Part shown: one piece after another, positions 36,357 to 50,527 of the stretch
How positions within the stretch are numbered: the first letter of the stretch is position 1
Layout of the letters: each line of letters starts with the position of its first letter
Assembly: GCA_002633005.1 (NCBI GenBank)
Contig: NMRA01000025.1
Span: 1,343,160-1,407,159, forward strand
Length of the DNA stretch: 64,000 nucleotides
Source of the DNA: Phoronis australis
Taxonomy: Eukaryota > Animalia > Phoronida
Reading direction: 5' to 3'
Translations under genes and position numbers: made by a program
Notes under the pieces: model-generated
Seen by the model: only the letters and a program-made list of their open reading frames with translations
Databases searched by the model: none
Told to the model about the DNA's origin: nothing

Positions 36357-39300
36357 TCAACATCCGAAAGCGGATTCCTGGCAGATGCGTATCGCGATCC
36401 GGCCGGCTTGGGGCAAGTCTAATCTTTGTGATGCGGCCCGCTGTGACGAGAATAATAAAGACCCGCCGAGCACATTTTTTTCTTGACAAAGAATTTTGCC
36501 ATAGGACATCTTATAAAGAACGTAGCTGTCAAAACAAGATATTACACCACAGACTTGGTATTCAAAATTGACAACGAATGTTGCCTTCAAAAATCGATTC
36601 CTGTCTAGAGTTGTGCTCGTGGTTAGATAATTCGTAAAAAATTCATTATGCTGACTGTCATTAACTTAAAAAGGATTTCGTTTTTAAACGCAACTCGGGC
36701 GGCATATACGTATTTCAGGACTATTGTTTGTAAGCAGAATCTTGTATTGTAATATTTTTCATGATTATTCACGCAATCTTGATAACTGGACATTCTTGGG
36801 AGGAAATGGGTGATCTTTCAAGGCACCTTAGCCATAAATTTTTGACAGTCCAACAAAAAGCAAAAGCACGTTATTTTCCTGGCGGATTCGTCAGCGACGC
36901 ATGTTGACAAATTTGAAAACCATGATATAGTAAAAAATCCCGAACTGTGGCCCAGTTCCATTATAACCCACAAGTGTTGCCATATGTGTATGGATTGTAA
37001 ATGTGCGGCGCGTGTCTCCTATTTGTTTGAATAGCCCAAGCAATCACAACCCGTTCGTTCTCTGATACACACCAGTTGTTGATTCTTCGGCTACGGTAGG
37101 TGGCGCTGCGAGGTCAGCTTATTTTTACCGGAGGTGTACCCCAGTGCAGTCAATGTTTTTTGTTCAGTAAAAAAGTTACTGCCTTTTAAGTATGGTTCAT
37201 GTGAAAGCAATCACTTGAGGGCACTTCGACTGGCTGGCGTCGTCTTACCGACACCCGGCCTGAGGAAATTATTTGACTGACTTGAGCAGTTGAAAATACC
37301 CCCTTTACTGTGCTCCGTCTCACTGACATTTTTACGGGCAGCGTATACATAGACACAAAGGATCGTGGGACAGCGGTCATCCAAACAAGTAGCCCTAGGC
37401 CTAGTGCAGTGTAGATGTGGATAATACTATTTCACGCAGACACATGTTAGTAAACCGGTAGCGTCTATCCAAAATCAACTGCCACGTCACCGAGCCACTA
37501 TTGTGATCGCTCTCGGTGACATTTCCCCCACATTCTGGATTAGATGGCTCATACTCCGAATTGATGCTCTGGGCTGCGCACGCATACGAATTTTCGCTGT
37601 ACATAAAGCTGAATCCCAGGAATTGAATGGATCTCGTAATCAAGATTTTTTACAAGTTTTAAAAGAGAATTTTCTCCCTTCTCGTGACACCCGTCATGTA
37701 ATGCGGTCTCAGGGTTTTCCACGCCATTGAAAGCAATTGGTCTCCACTGACAATTGCAATTCATACAAGCTTCTCAATTTTGGAAGGTTTTGTTAATTCT
37801 GTCAAAAATTATTTCTTGACACTGCGTTGCATGCTATAAAGGATGTTGGGTGCCGAAAATCGTCGTTTTCTATCATAGTCGGCAGGAAGGCTTTGACTAG
37901 ACCTGGTCTGTGTCATTGGATAACCTTGTTTGACGTATAGATATGCTTTACTTCATTGTATTTTCTTCTTCATATTTCGTTTTAGTTAAAGCTGCAGCAT
38001 TTCGCCCTGTGTAGCTGGAATAAATCAAATGAATTCCTTGACACTCATAATATATCAAAATATTCCCCTTCCTTTCCATTACCAAGAAGAACATCCGGGA
38101 ACTATGAGTGACTCAAAAGTAACGCTCACAGTTCATTGGGGTTGCCCAACCCTATCATTCAGAGGTCGAAATTGGCGCATGTGCGGAAAAGTAATCTTAT
38201 CACGGTACGGATTATTATGATATCGTTTTTATGATAGAAAAAGACCGTTCCTTTCCAGCCGGCAGCACAGTGGTAAAAACAAATGTAATTTTAAGGCAAC
38301 GGTGAAGTGCTGAAAGAAATTTTGTGATTTATTAATGTGGAATAGAGTGTGCTATTTTCCTTTTCAAAATACTGTCAAAATAAAATTAAACCTTTGATGG
38401 GTACGTTAATCAATTTTAAGAATCGAGAAAGTCTTTTCAGCATTGTCACGTGACTTCTGTCAATTGTCAGCTTGATGGTCGCTCGGCATTAACTTGACTC
38501 ACTTCCTAATACCGTTCGACGTGTTTAGTCTGGTAACTCGCCAGGTAGAAAATTGACAATCTATACTTTTGTAGTATTTTAGGAACCAGAATCATTCAGA
38601 AGAATGAGAAAAGTCATTTATCACCATCGTAACGTTAATTCTATCAATTGTGATCAGAATGGTCGGCCCACTTGCTAATACCGCGAGTCTTCTTCAGTTG
38701 AAGCTGGTAACTCGCCTCGATCGAAACTCTCCAGGTAGAAAATTGACAATTATTACTTTTATAGTGTTTGTAGTGTTTCAATATGTTAATCGTATGACTA
38801 GAAAAATCTGGCAACATAACTTTTGGCAATTGTCACCTGAATGATGCCAATGTGGGCCGACTAACTGCACCCTCACCCATGTCCCTCTAATGTCAGAAAA
38901 TGTTATAAAGTTTGCTATTTAATAAATTTCGAATTGCACTATAGTTGGTGTTTAATTGTGATTAGAATGTAATTAATGAGATTTTCCACGTGATCTCTCG
39001 CCACGTCAGTCACGAGAAGCCAACAAAGTACCAGATGGTGGTGGTTGATTTGAGCGATGAGTTCTCCGACAACGGATCATTCGAAATACATTCCTAGTGT
39101 TCTTCGTCTTTATTATCGTTGTCAGAATCTTCTGATTAAAACAAGTTGTTTCATCCACGTGCCACGCATATTGATCCAAAATGTTCCCACTCGGTATGCC
39201 TGTCCGATTCGTCCGCTGCCAAGTGGAATTGTGAAGCACAATCACGTGACTGATTAAATCACGGACACTGAAGTAAGGGGTGATAAGTCTGATTTATTTC

Positions 39301-40877
39301 CAGTGTAAAACAAAAAAGTTTAATCAGGTTTATAGTCTCAACTAAGTATGTATTCACTAAACGCGCATTGGTTTGTAAATAGGACATTCAGTTAAAGTCG
39401 ATCATTTGCCATATTAAAACTGTCAATTTATACTTTGTTGTGTCTCTGTAATGTTAATCACTCTGAAGAATGACACGAAAATTACTTTCCCAAATGTAAC
39501 TTTACTTCTGCCGTTTGTCAAACTGGTGGTCCTGCAGCGGTATACAGCGTACGATAATGAACAATTGATAACATGCGCAAAAATGAACAGAATTACATAA
39601 ATTTTCTAATACGACAGACCTTTTCCATAAAAAAATAATTCGAATGAGCTTTTCTTTTTTTATATTTGCAAGAAATATGCGAGGCAGAGGCCCTCGACTT
39701 CCACGTTGAGTCACGTGACCTTCAGGTACTGTCTCGCGAGCATGCTTGGTCTGGCGTGAATGTGTCCAACGTCATAGGACTTTGATATTTGTTATCCCAA
39801 TACAATGTAGGTTAGTTATTGAAATTATAAGGTTATCGGTCAATTAGGAAAGCCAGTTTTGTCATGATAATTACGCAGAACTCTGGCCGAGACCATTAAA
39901 ATACTTTTGCGGATAAATCGGTTAATTTGTCGAAGACTGAACATAATAAGCTTTTCAAAAACATTTTTAGGTTTAAGCTTAAAAGCAACCAGAAGTAAGT
40001 AGAAATGGCAAACTAATTCTGAAAGACGGGAGACGAATGCAAATTCATCCGATTGTCACGTATACCAGAGCTGGAAATAGCCAACTCATGTCGCACGGCA
40101 ATCCAGCGTTTGATTTCGTAACCAAATTTTTATTCTACTAAGAGATGTTACCTCTCGATCCAACTGAATGTGTTTTGACTCTTTCCCTCTTTTCCTCACA
40201 TACACCCACGAGATTAATTTGCCTTTGGCTTTTTTACGCCGGATTTGAGTCGTACTGAACACCTCCAGCATAGGCCATTTTCACAGCGCTCAGCAACAAA
40301 ACAAGGAGGTTACCGCCCCTATTGCAATTTACCTTGACTGGAAGCTTTTGTTAGGAATCACAAAACACAACTGTTAGCTTTTTTGCTTTCCGATAGCGCG
40401 GGTCAAGCCTAATAATTTCAAGAAGTCAATATTACCCAAACATGGCCCCCCAAAAATGCGTTTTCGACTGCAAAGCCGAGTGTGCCCTTTTAACTTGTTA
40501 ATATAGTGTACTGCCAACGGATTTCTTTCAAAAACTATCAATTTATACTCAAGAGAAGGATTTATACCTATTATAACCTTACTTCTGTCAATTTCGATTT
40601 CATGGTTCGGCATGAATTTTGGCTTACTTGCTAACAGAGTGCGCTATCTAAAACTGGTAACTCGCTGGGTAGAATGACAATTAAGACAAATTAATCCCTT
40701 ACATATATTATACCACTAATTGCAATCTTAATGGTCGCTCGGCGTTAAATCACTTGCTAGTACAGTGCGCCGTTTCAAAAGTTATCAATGCTTTCCATTC
40801 CTTGTAATGAATACTTTCTGCAGCAGTTGCCAATTTCACTCCCCATTTCTTCCCCAAAACTGTCATTACGTTACCAT

Positions 40878-43800
40878 TTTAAAATTCTTGAGTAAGCTCT
40901 ACAAATCCGTCACAAAATGTAGCACGTACAGCGATTGAAGTTTTGGTGTGTTCGTTTTTTACGAATACTAACATTTCATTGTGACCTTTTGACACCGAGT
41001 GTCGCTTGATGACTGACAAGACGCTGCGCGTGCACAAGTTCAAGAGTGTTATCAGGGGAGAGGTGTTTTTGTAAACACAGAAACAAAAGAGCGATTGTTT
41101 ACGTTTCACAATTTCAAAAGTACAACAAATCCAAATTTTTCGGGGTTTGATATTTGAACGTGTGGATTTATGTTCCGTGATGTAAAATGTGCAAAAATAA
41201 TTAGGTTTGGCACATTGGTGGCCCTTAAGGTTTTGTAGTACGCTAAAAATGTCAGAACGTCATATTATCTCAGAAACGGCTACCATCACATTCATACGAA
41301 ACTTTCCCTTATGCTTTCCGTACTGTTCTCAATTTACTATGTTATCCCACTCTCTGAGTGAGCAGCCTCCGAATTTCCATTACTGCAGGAGAGGATATGG
41401 AACGTTCATATATTATGTCATCCAAAATTTGCCCCTTTGTCACCAACCTCTCAAATTATGTCATTAAAACCAACCCTCCCCCCGTTTTTGGAAGAACCGA
41501 CAGTTCCTTTGAGATTCTGTCTTTATGAATGTCCTTTCATAATCGTATATGCATTTGCCGCTGTTGTAGTCAGTAATGAATTGGTGTACAAAATTTCAAC
41601 CATCAAATAGTGCTGTTGATGTAAATACCCTAATAAACCATACGATGACGCCACCACGAGTCTAACCCCCTTCCCCCTGTCATAAATCGTCGTCTTCTCC
41701 AAACACTGGAAACTGTAGCAGCGTTTTGAGATTTCATCTTGAACTTCTCAAATGAAATTTGCTATGTGTTGATATCGTTCTTTTGCTATCCCATTCTGTT
41801 TTCGCTAAATGTTAGTACAAAGAAATGGTCACTTGAACCAAGTAATGACAGATCTGTACCAAATTAAAGTCTATAGGCTTGTACTTTATGAAAATACACA
41901 TTTATACAAGGCCGCTTCTATAGTTTTCTAGCTAAATGCATGGAATTGTCGATAAGGTCCGGTTCTAGGACAAAATAACAGTAGTTAAATCATCCATGCT
42001 ATCTTTGTTCGTCTCTTTGTTCATTTTTATCCCATTGCCTTCCCCACCACAGTAGAACGAAAAATTACAAAAATATGGCAAACAATCATTTATACACGAG
42101 AAAGGATCGCAGATATGGTAGCTTTAACTCAAGACTTTCCCGTGGTGGCGTGGTATGATTCATGCACATGCAGCCTTATCCCTCAAGCCTCAAGAGGCGC
42201 TGATCGGTTCAGCCATTTGGGAAATGAAATGTGTCAGAATTCTGAAACATTTTTACGGAAATCGCCGGAATATCACAAGAAACATAATATTGAATTTTTC
42301 TGCAATTTCATACATAGTTTTATATGATAATTAACGGTATGTTCGGTCTAAATTATTGCAAAAATAATGTACTAATTTCCATGATACTGTCAACAACAAG
42401 AATTGAAAATAAGCATACCAACAACCTTTATTTCAGACAATAACCAAAGCATGAATGGCAGCAACAACGCCTGTGTNCGATTTTAAAATTCTTGAGTAAG
42501 CTCTACAAATCCGTCACAAAATGTAGCACGTACAGCGATTGAAGTTTTGATGTGTTCGTTTTTTACGAATACTAACATTTCATTGTGACCTTTTGACACC
42601 GAGTTTCGCTTGATGACTGACAAGACGCTGCGCGTGCACAAGTTCAAGAGTGTTATCAGGGGAGAGGTGTTTTTGTAAACACAGAAACAAAAGAGCGATT
42701 GTTTACGTTTCACAATTTCAAAAGTACAACAAATCCAAATTTTTCGGGGTTTGATATTTGAACGTGTGGATTTATGTTCCGTGATGTAAAATATGCAAAA
42801 ATAATTAGGTTTGGCACATTGGTGGCCCTTAAAGTTTTGTAGTACGCTAAAAATGTCAGAACGTCATATTATCTCAGAAACGGCTACCATCACATTCATG
42901 CGAAACTTTTCCTTATGCTTTCCGTACTGTTCTCAATTTACTATGTTATCCCACTCTCTGAGTGAGCAGCCTCCAAATTTCCATTACTGCACGAGAGGAT
43001 ATGGAGTGTTCATATATTATGTCATCCAAAATTTGCCCCTTTGTCACCAACCTCACAAATTATGTCATTAAAACCAACCCTCCCCCCGTTTTTGGAAGAA
43101 CCGACAGTTCCTTTGAGATTCTGTCTTTATGAATGTCCTTTCATAATCGTATGATGCATTTGCCGCTGTTGTAGTCAGTAATGAATTGGTGTACAAAATT
43201 TCAACCATCAAATAGTGCTGTTGATGTAGATACCCTAATAAACCATACAATGACGCCACCACGAGTCTAACCCCCCTCCCCCTGTCATAAATCGTCGTCT
43301 TCTCCAAACACTGGAAACTGTAACAGCGTTTTGAGATTTCATCTTGAACTTCTCAAATGAAATTTGCTATGTGTTGATATCGTTCTTTTGCTATGAAAGT
43401 TCCATTCTGTTTTCGCTAAATGTTAGTACAAAGAAATGGTCACTTGAACCAAGTAATGACAGATCTGTACCAAATTAAAAGTCGAAGTCTATAGGCTTGT
43501 GCTTTATGAAAATACACATTTATACAAGACCGCTTCTATAGTTTTCAAGCTAAATGCATGGAACTGTCGATAAGGTCCGGTTCTAGGACAAAATAACAGT
43601 AGTTAAATCATCCATGCTATCTTTGTTCGTCTCTTTGTTCATTTTTATCCCATTGCCTTCCCCACCACAGTAGAACAAAAAATTACAAAAATATGGCAAA
43701 CAATCATTTATACATGAAAAAGGATCGCAGATAACTCAAGACTTTCCCGTGGTGGCGTGGTACGATTCGTGCACATGCAGCCTTGTCCCTCAAGCCTCAA

Positions 43801-44084
43801 GATGGCGCTGATCGGTTCCGCCATGTGGGAAATGAAATGTGTCAGAATTCTGAAACATTTTTACGGAAATCGCCGGAATATCAAAAGAAACATAATATTG
43901 AATTTTTCTGCAATTTCATACATAGTTCTATATGATAATTAACGGTATGTTAGGTCTAAATTATTGCAAAAATGATGTACTAATTTCCATGATACTGTCA
44001 ACAACAAGAATTGAAAATAAGCATACCAACAACCTTTATTTCAGACAATAACCAAAGCATGAATGGCAGCAACAACACCTGTGT
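40878..44084. repeat. ~1.6-kb tandem duplication (40878-42476 / 42482-44084) joined by a single N
   Basis: Two near-identical copies differing by scattered SNPs and small indels; N at 42477. Confidence 0.95.
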
Positions 44085-44829
44085 AAATAATTAAAATCTG
44101 GTTTTGTTTTAATGACGTCAAGGAAGCGGCCAATCATTGGGCAGGAGGTAATTGACCTATCGCCATAATTTGAGTGAAGGCGTAACTGACCATTTAGAAC
44201 GCATCATTATTGACCCACCTTCGTTTTCAAGCCGCCATTTTACCCCTCAAACAACATGTTGCCGGGTAAAACTTATTGTTTGTTAGTCGTCATTACGCAA
44301 GGGGACGGAGCTAGCGATAGGTCAATTCCCATAACCCAGCCTCAAATGGCTAAACCGATCAGCGCCATCTTGAGGCTTGGGGACAAGGCTGATGCACATG
44401 TTAAAAGTAAGATGCCATCAACAATACCTTATTTACCCTTTCATTATGAGACAAAAAGGTTATATGTGGTACGCTACATGTAAGAAGTTTTCGAAAATTG
44501 ATTTGAAAAAAACAATGTTGTGGAGGACACCTTGTTCAGTAATGTTTCCTCATTAAATTAAACCTCATGCAGGACTTTGCAAAAGTTGATACAGATGGAC
44601 AGACATAGGGTGTTACAAGAAGCACATTCAACTTGTTGAAATGAGATTCATTATGCAAACCTTATTACTTGGTAAAGCCCTCACTTCTAGGCCGCTCCCA
44701 AGAATAAAGACTGACATGAGGTAGATTACAATATGCTTTAAATCCCTCAAAAGTTTACGGTTTTGCAAGTTAGCCTCGTCTTACAATAATGTACAGTACA
44801 GTAAAATCTCACCAGAAAGGTCACAATAC

Positions 44830-44985
44830 CATGGGCGACGCACCCATAGGGGGTTGGGGAGGGGGGGCTATAGCACCGCCCCCCACTTTTTTCAGTGCTG
44901 CGCCGCCCATGATCTATAGGCGGTGCACCACAAGGGGGCTGGGGGAGGGTATAGTTCCCCACTTTTTCAGTGCTGCGCCACCCAT
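44830..44985. mobile_element. Two tandem copies of the small CATGGGCGGCGCA-family MITE
   Basis: Each ends ccccactttttcagtgctgcgcc(g/a)cccatg. Confidence 0.75.
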
Positions 44986-46435
44986 GAATGTGGTAGACAG
45001 TTGAAATTTTATTTTCTCATTTTTTCATGTAAGATATTTAGAACAAAATGAATGCTTTACAATGTTCAGTTGTGGTGTGCGATATTTGACATACCGGTAA
45101 CACAAATTTATGAAAGGTTTTGGGCACTCATAATTTAAGAAGACCTTGAAAAATGATGAAAAGTCGATTTTGGCAATAATGAAATTTATGCAATTGTACA
45201 CAAGCATTCTTTTTCAAAATATTTTCCATAACCCCCATTGTAATTCTTTACATTTTGCCACTGGCTTCTATCATAACTATTACACAACTTATTATAGAAA
45301 TCTATGCTCCTATGAAATCAAGTCTAATCAGTTTTCGAAGGAGGTAACTTCTAGTGTCGGAAAGTTTCTCAACAGTGTTCCCATAAGAATAGAAAAATAT
45401 TCAACAGGAACCATTTTGTTGCTATACGGACCTTCATGAGGGTATAAAGAATTTTTTGTATCCATGATGGTAATCATTTATGACCTTTTAGATGTCGATG
45501 GTACACTGATGAACTAAGAAACTTTCCCACGAACATATGCTTTCTCTCCACCCTTTGCCGAATTCCTGGTATTGAGAGAAGTATTATGAACAAATTTTAG
45601 AGAATTTGAAAGTATTTTTCTTCCCAATATTCCCCAGTATTTCCCAATATCTTCTTTAGTAAACTAGTTCAATAAAAAGCTATAATTTGAAACAAAATGG
45701 AGGGTGGTCCTAAATAATCAACTACGGAATGAATAGTGGAGTTTAGCCTAGCTCACAGATGTTCGGATTTTTTTGCTTGATACAAAATTAAAATGATTTC
45801 ATATACCCTTTACTCATAGGCTACCAGTGCTTGGAATGACCCATGACAAAAAAGAGGAGATTTTTCCACATGATGTATCATTCTACAAATAATTAGGCTG
45901 ATGTGATAGAAATATTCTTGTGTTGTAAAATTTAACTGCAAGAAACGTTTTTGCATGAATGAAGTCATAACAATGATACAGAGATGAAAAAAGAGGAAAA
46001 GAGAAATCAAATAAGAGGAAATTGAAACCAAAAAAGAGGAAATTTTCTTAAAAGAAGAAAATTCCAAGCCCTGGATACTGGGGCAAATAACAATCAGTGT
46101 CAATGAAAACAAAACGGTGATTGCATTGTCACGTTACTCTGGCATGGGCAATAGTTATTTACAGGGTTGGCAGATTTTAAGAACCAGTTTGATGCCCATT
46201 TATCAGTGAAGAAAACTGGTTCTCAAAATGCAGTACCCTTTAATTCACTACTACTGGAGTAAGAGTAAATGTATGAAAAAATGAACACATGTCAACATCT
46301 ACCATTTTATAAATGAAAATCAAGTTTAAATCACATAATATTTTGAAAATTGGCTCCCTGGTTTTACAAAAGTGCCTCACACATTAGCATACAAGCCTAA
46401 ATCCAGATATAGACATCTTTACATCTCGCTGTTCC

Positions 46436-47006
46436 TTAGTCGTGCATTACGGCCACAACCCTCGCTTGCTTCCTCGCCAAGAAGCGAGCCCTTGCATCAT
46501 TTAACGTCTCACCTACATTGCGACGGGCAAACTTTTCCATTCGACTTTTCACAGGATTCACTGTTGTGGTTTTTTCTTTAGATGTTTGCGAGTCCTCCTC
46601 GTCAGAACTACTATCATTGGGTGAGTCAGCGTCAGGGTTGTCATTATCACCGCCAGAAACATTGCCGGCATCCTTGCTCAAGATGGGCTCACTCTCGCTT
46701 TTGTCTAATTTTGTTTCTGAAAAATCTTTGCATCTGTCACTGTCAGGGTGCCCATCTGATTTACTCCATTCTTTTGTATCAGTTTTCCTTTTACTTTCCA
46801 AATCCTCGTTCTCTGACTTTTCACTCTTCACAGATTTGCTTTCTTTATTACTTCTCCCCCCTTCTTTAGCCCGCGACTTTTCTTCCTCGGAACTATTGTG
46901 ATGACCTTTGACCTCTGACCTCCTCCTACTGTCTTCGCCATCTGATGAAGATTCGCTATGTGATCTCCGTCTTCTGTAAGACTTAGCTTTACGCTTGCTT
47001 TCTTCC
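46436..47006 (-). CDS. NSRP1: NSRP1/CCDC55 exon 7 (terminal; charged low-complexity region and conserved C-terminus)
   Basis: Acceptor ttttccag; ...NPDADS...KFARRNVGETLNDARARFLARKQAR matches the NSRP1 C-terminal KFAKR..ETV.SAR.RYLAR motif; stop TAA at 46436-46438. Confidence 0.9.
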
Positions 47007-48830
47007 CTGGAAAATCAAAGCCACAGTGTGAGAGACCAAAAGTTGGTATCATAACATTTCATAGTTGCAAGTTTTTTCACATCAAGAGAGGAAAATAATT
47101 GGTGTCTGACTTGTTTTCATATTCACAACTATACATTTTACATTATAATTTACTAGTCAAATATTTAAAATTACTGGAAGCAGCAAAGTGTTGTTTTCAA
47201 GCATTTTCTCAGACCCGCACTGTATTCTCTTTGTCCCCTGCTAACCAATAATTGAAAAGTAAGACCAGCATCCCAAATCCTGCAAATCTTTTGAGTAACT
47301 ACTTCACTGTCTCGCTGTTGCTTTTTCCACTTTGTAACACATGCAGAATTTCCAATTCAGTTCACAGTTATCATTCACTTGCAGCAGATATCAACAACTT
47401 AAATAACAAGTAACGTAGAGCGTTGAAATGTGCCCACGACAACACCACAAACGGTGTGCTTCTATAGGTGCTTTTAGCATTGTAACAATGGCTATTGGAT
47501 GGCGCAGAATGCGTCAAATCCGTCTGAATTGAGAAGGTGGCACTGTCTCAGTAATACACAACTATTTGTAAAATTTCATGAAAATATGCCAAGGAACTCC
47601 TAAGATATAGAGGCAAATGTAAAAAACAAATGACCGGTTGGTCTGAAACACATTGTCATCTGTTGCAATCTCTACAGGACCCCATCTGCCAAATTTCGCA
47701 AAGATCCTTCAAAAGGTTAAGGAGATACAGCTGTAAACATTACAAAAGCAAAAGTGGCCTTAGGGAGCACCAGCATAGACGAAAACACCCAAAAATCAAT
47801 GTCACACGGCGTCTTCGCATCAGGAACACAACCATCACTTTTTGTAATGATTCTTTGAGTGGTTTGGCAAATTATTCCTAAATTTTCCGGATTTCTCTGC
47901 TTCAATCTACATTGATCAACTGCTTCAAAATGCCGATATTAAAGGTACTTTTTATTTTCAGCTGATTTTAAAAGAGAAATGAATGCTCAAAATCCATATT
48001 TTAAAACCTACACGAAGCAAGAATTCAGGTCATAAAAGTACATAGAATCTGGGTGAATCCGTAACATCTGACAGCCTTGGCACAACACCAGTAGCTGGAT
48101 TAGTCCCAATATCAACGACATCCATGCCCTTCTGCCAAAGGACATGCCGACCAATTTCACACCATCCCTCACGAAACTTGATTTTGAGGTAGGCACAAAA
48201 AAGAATAAAACCACCACTTGGGGGAGTAGCAGTATGTGGATCCGTCCAAACATACACTTGTCAACAGCAACATTACCCTCAAATTTCATGATGCTTCTTC
48301 AAACTATATGTCCGTCACAGATGTAACCAAAACACTAAAACTGCCACTAGGCTGTGCATCAGTAGTAGACTCATCCCAAAGATTTATACACGTACACTTC
48401 ATCCAGTCCTTCAGTTGTTTACCTTTATTTTAAACACCAGTGTAAACAAACAAGTAGATAATATCAGACTTAATTACATCAGCCTTCACAAAGACTAACT
48501 CAAGTGCCCGTGACGTATGGCTATGGTAATATCCTTGAATCACTTCTGCCCAATTCCACAAAAATCGAGATCAAGAGACAAACATAAAAAAATAAAATTG
48601 CCACTAGGGAGCACAATGGTAGTTGTGATCCATCCAATGATTTGCTAGTGTCGTCTCATCCATAATAGGAACATGTCTGCAAAATTTCCCAAACATCCAC
48701 CAAGCGGCTTTGGAGATACAACAGCAGACAGCACCACTGCATGGATAAATGAGGTGGATGGCTTATGTGTCCACATATATGTGGGTGCAAAAAATCTTAA
48801 AAAGCAGATTCCTGGGACAGTAACACTTAC

Positions 48831-48978
48831 CTTAATTGTGTAGCTTCTCTATTGGGCTCACTTTTGATGACAGGCTGCTCCGTGCCTCCCTCTGGTGGCA
48901 CAACTCCACCAGTTCGCTGGTCGAGGATATGTCTGTAGAATCCACTCATGTCACTCTGCTTAGTAACGTCATTTTTAG
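48831..48978 (-). CDS. NSRP1: NSRP1 exon 6
   Basis: DVTKQSDMSGFYRHIL (cf. DVTKQKDLSGFYRHLL); ag/gtaag boundaries, phase 1 in, phase 2 out. Confidence 0.93.
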
Positions 48979-50319
48979 CTAAAGGGACAAGAAAAAGGAT
49001 GAGTGACAGCGAAACTCTCATAGTTGGATGACTGTGAAGACTACATTAAGAGATCAGGTGACTACTCAAAGTTAATTCAACCATTTAAAACAACAGAAAT
49101 GGCCAACTAACTAATGCACAATAATTAACAGGATTAAATAAGTAAAAAACATAGTATAATATATTAAGATAGTAATTTCGAAAGATTCAATTGTTTTTTA
49201 TCACTATCTTAATAGCTATATTTATACAATTACTAAAATCCCAAGAACTTTTATCAATATCATAATTATTCAAATTTTAATTGTACATTATAAAAATCTA
49301 GAAGTTAAAATAGAATCATTGTCTTATTCAACAACCTGAAAGTAACAACGCTAAAACAGATTCTCCCTCAAGTAACTCCGTCGCCATGTTAACAACATTG
49401 CATGAGGGCTTACTCCACTGAATCACCTAGTGACTTGATGGTGTGTAGGCCAGGGTCAATCATTGGTGTCACAGCCCTGAAGCTCAACATGTGATACTAA
49501 CCACAGTTACATAAACACTGGATTGTGATCCTACCTATGTTTTGTTGTGTTGTAAATTGCCAAAATCAAGCAACATAGACTGAATTCTACAACAAAATTC
49601 ACCTCATTAGCAAGCTCAAACAAGCAAAATTAATCAGTATTGAAGAATCTTCAGGAATAATCTCAACTGCCACAGCGGTATGAAAGGTGACCATGGTAGT
49701 TTCACTTGGGCTTAGACACACTCAAACTGTTACTGAAGTTTTCTGAAGACAAGCTCACCTGCAGATAACTTTTCTGTAGGTACGCCAATGGCATACATTG
49801 AGGAAAAAATGCGCATGGTTGAATCCTAAAATTTTCCTCAGTTTCACAGAAAACCGTAACTAAAGTAAATTTTCAACAACATACTTCTACATGTGGAGAC
49901 AATCTTATAACGACAATCATATAACGACAATGTTTTGTATTTCTATCTTGCTACCTACAGCATTGATAGAGTAAAATAACTGTCTCGTGGCTAGAAAAAT
50001 GCAGCCAAAATCACGTGCTCTCATGTAAAATACAAGGCAATATTTCATACATTCTCACTAAGTCTTGCTTTTTAGCGAGAGTCTAGCGTAGTTCCTAGCG
50101 TTGCTGAATTTCACGCAGAGCTCAAACTCATCACTTCCAAAAATACAAAAAGGTTTTGACGACTCTAAACAAACATTTTCCAAATGTACACTCCGGACTT
50201 GTCTTCAGAAAACTCCCGTAGTAACCCGAGACTGACACAATAAATATTAATGAGATGACAACGTCATTCAACGCTCTGTTGTGGTAATGCCCTATCTCAC
50301 AACAGGCATGACCTCTGAC

Positions 50320-50527
50320 CTTCAAGCTCCGCCTCTCGACGTTCCCTCTCCTCAGCCTCCTGCATCTCCTGCATTTTCTTCTTGTAGGCGCTCGTCACAA
50401 ACGCCTCTTTGTCGGCATACTTCTCACCCTCCTCCTCTCGTTCCTTCTGAACAGTTCGCTCTACTCTTCGTTCGTTCTCCTTCTTGCGTTTCTCCGCCGC
50501 TTTCAGGAGGCCAGCGATGTATTTGGG
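50320..50527 (-). CDS. NSRP1: NSRP1 exon 5 (DUF2040 coiled coil)
   Basis: PKYIAGLLKAAEKRKKENERRVERTVQKEREEEGEKYADKEAFVTSAYKKKMQE; ag/gt boundaries. Confidence 0.96.

Noticed and set aside
40879-43307. Duplicated 76-86-aa ORFs as paralogous genes
   Set aside because: Non-ATG starts, no motifs; duplicated only because of the probable haplotype duplication.
46372-46901. Plus-strand ORFs over NSRP1 exon 7 (also 50281-50553 and 54382-54612)
   Set aside because: Antisense shadows of the real minus-strand exons.
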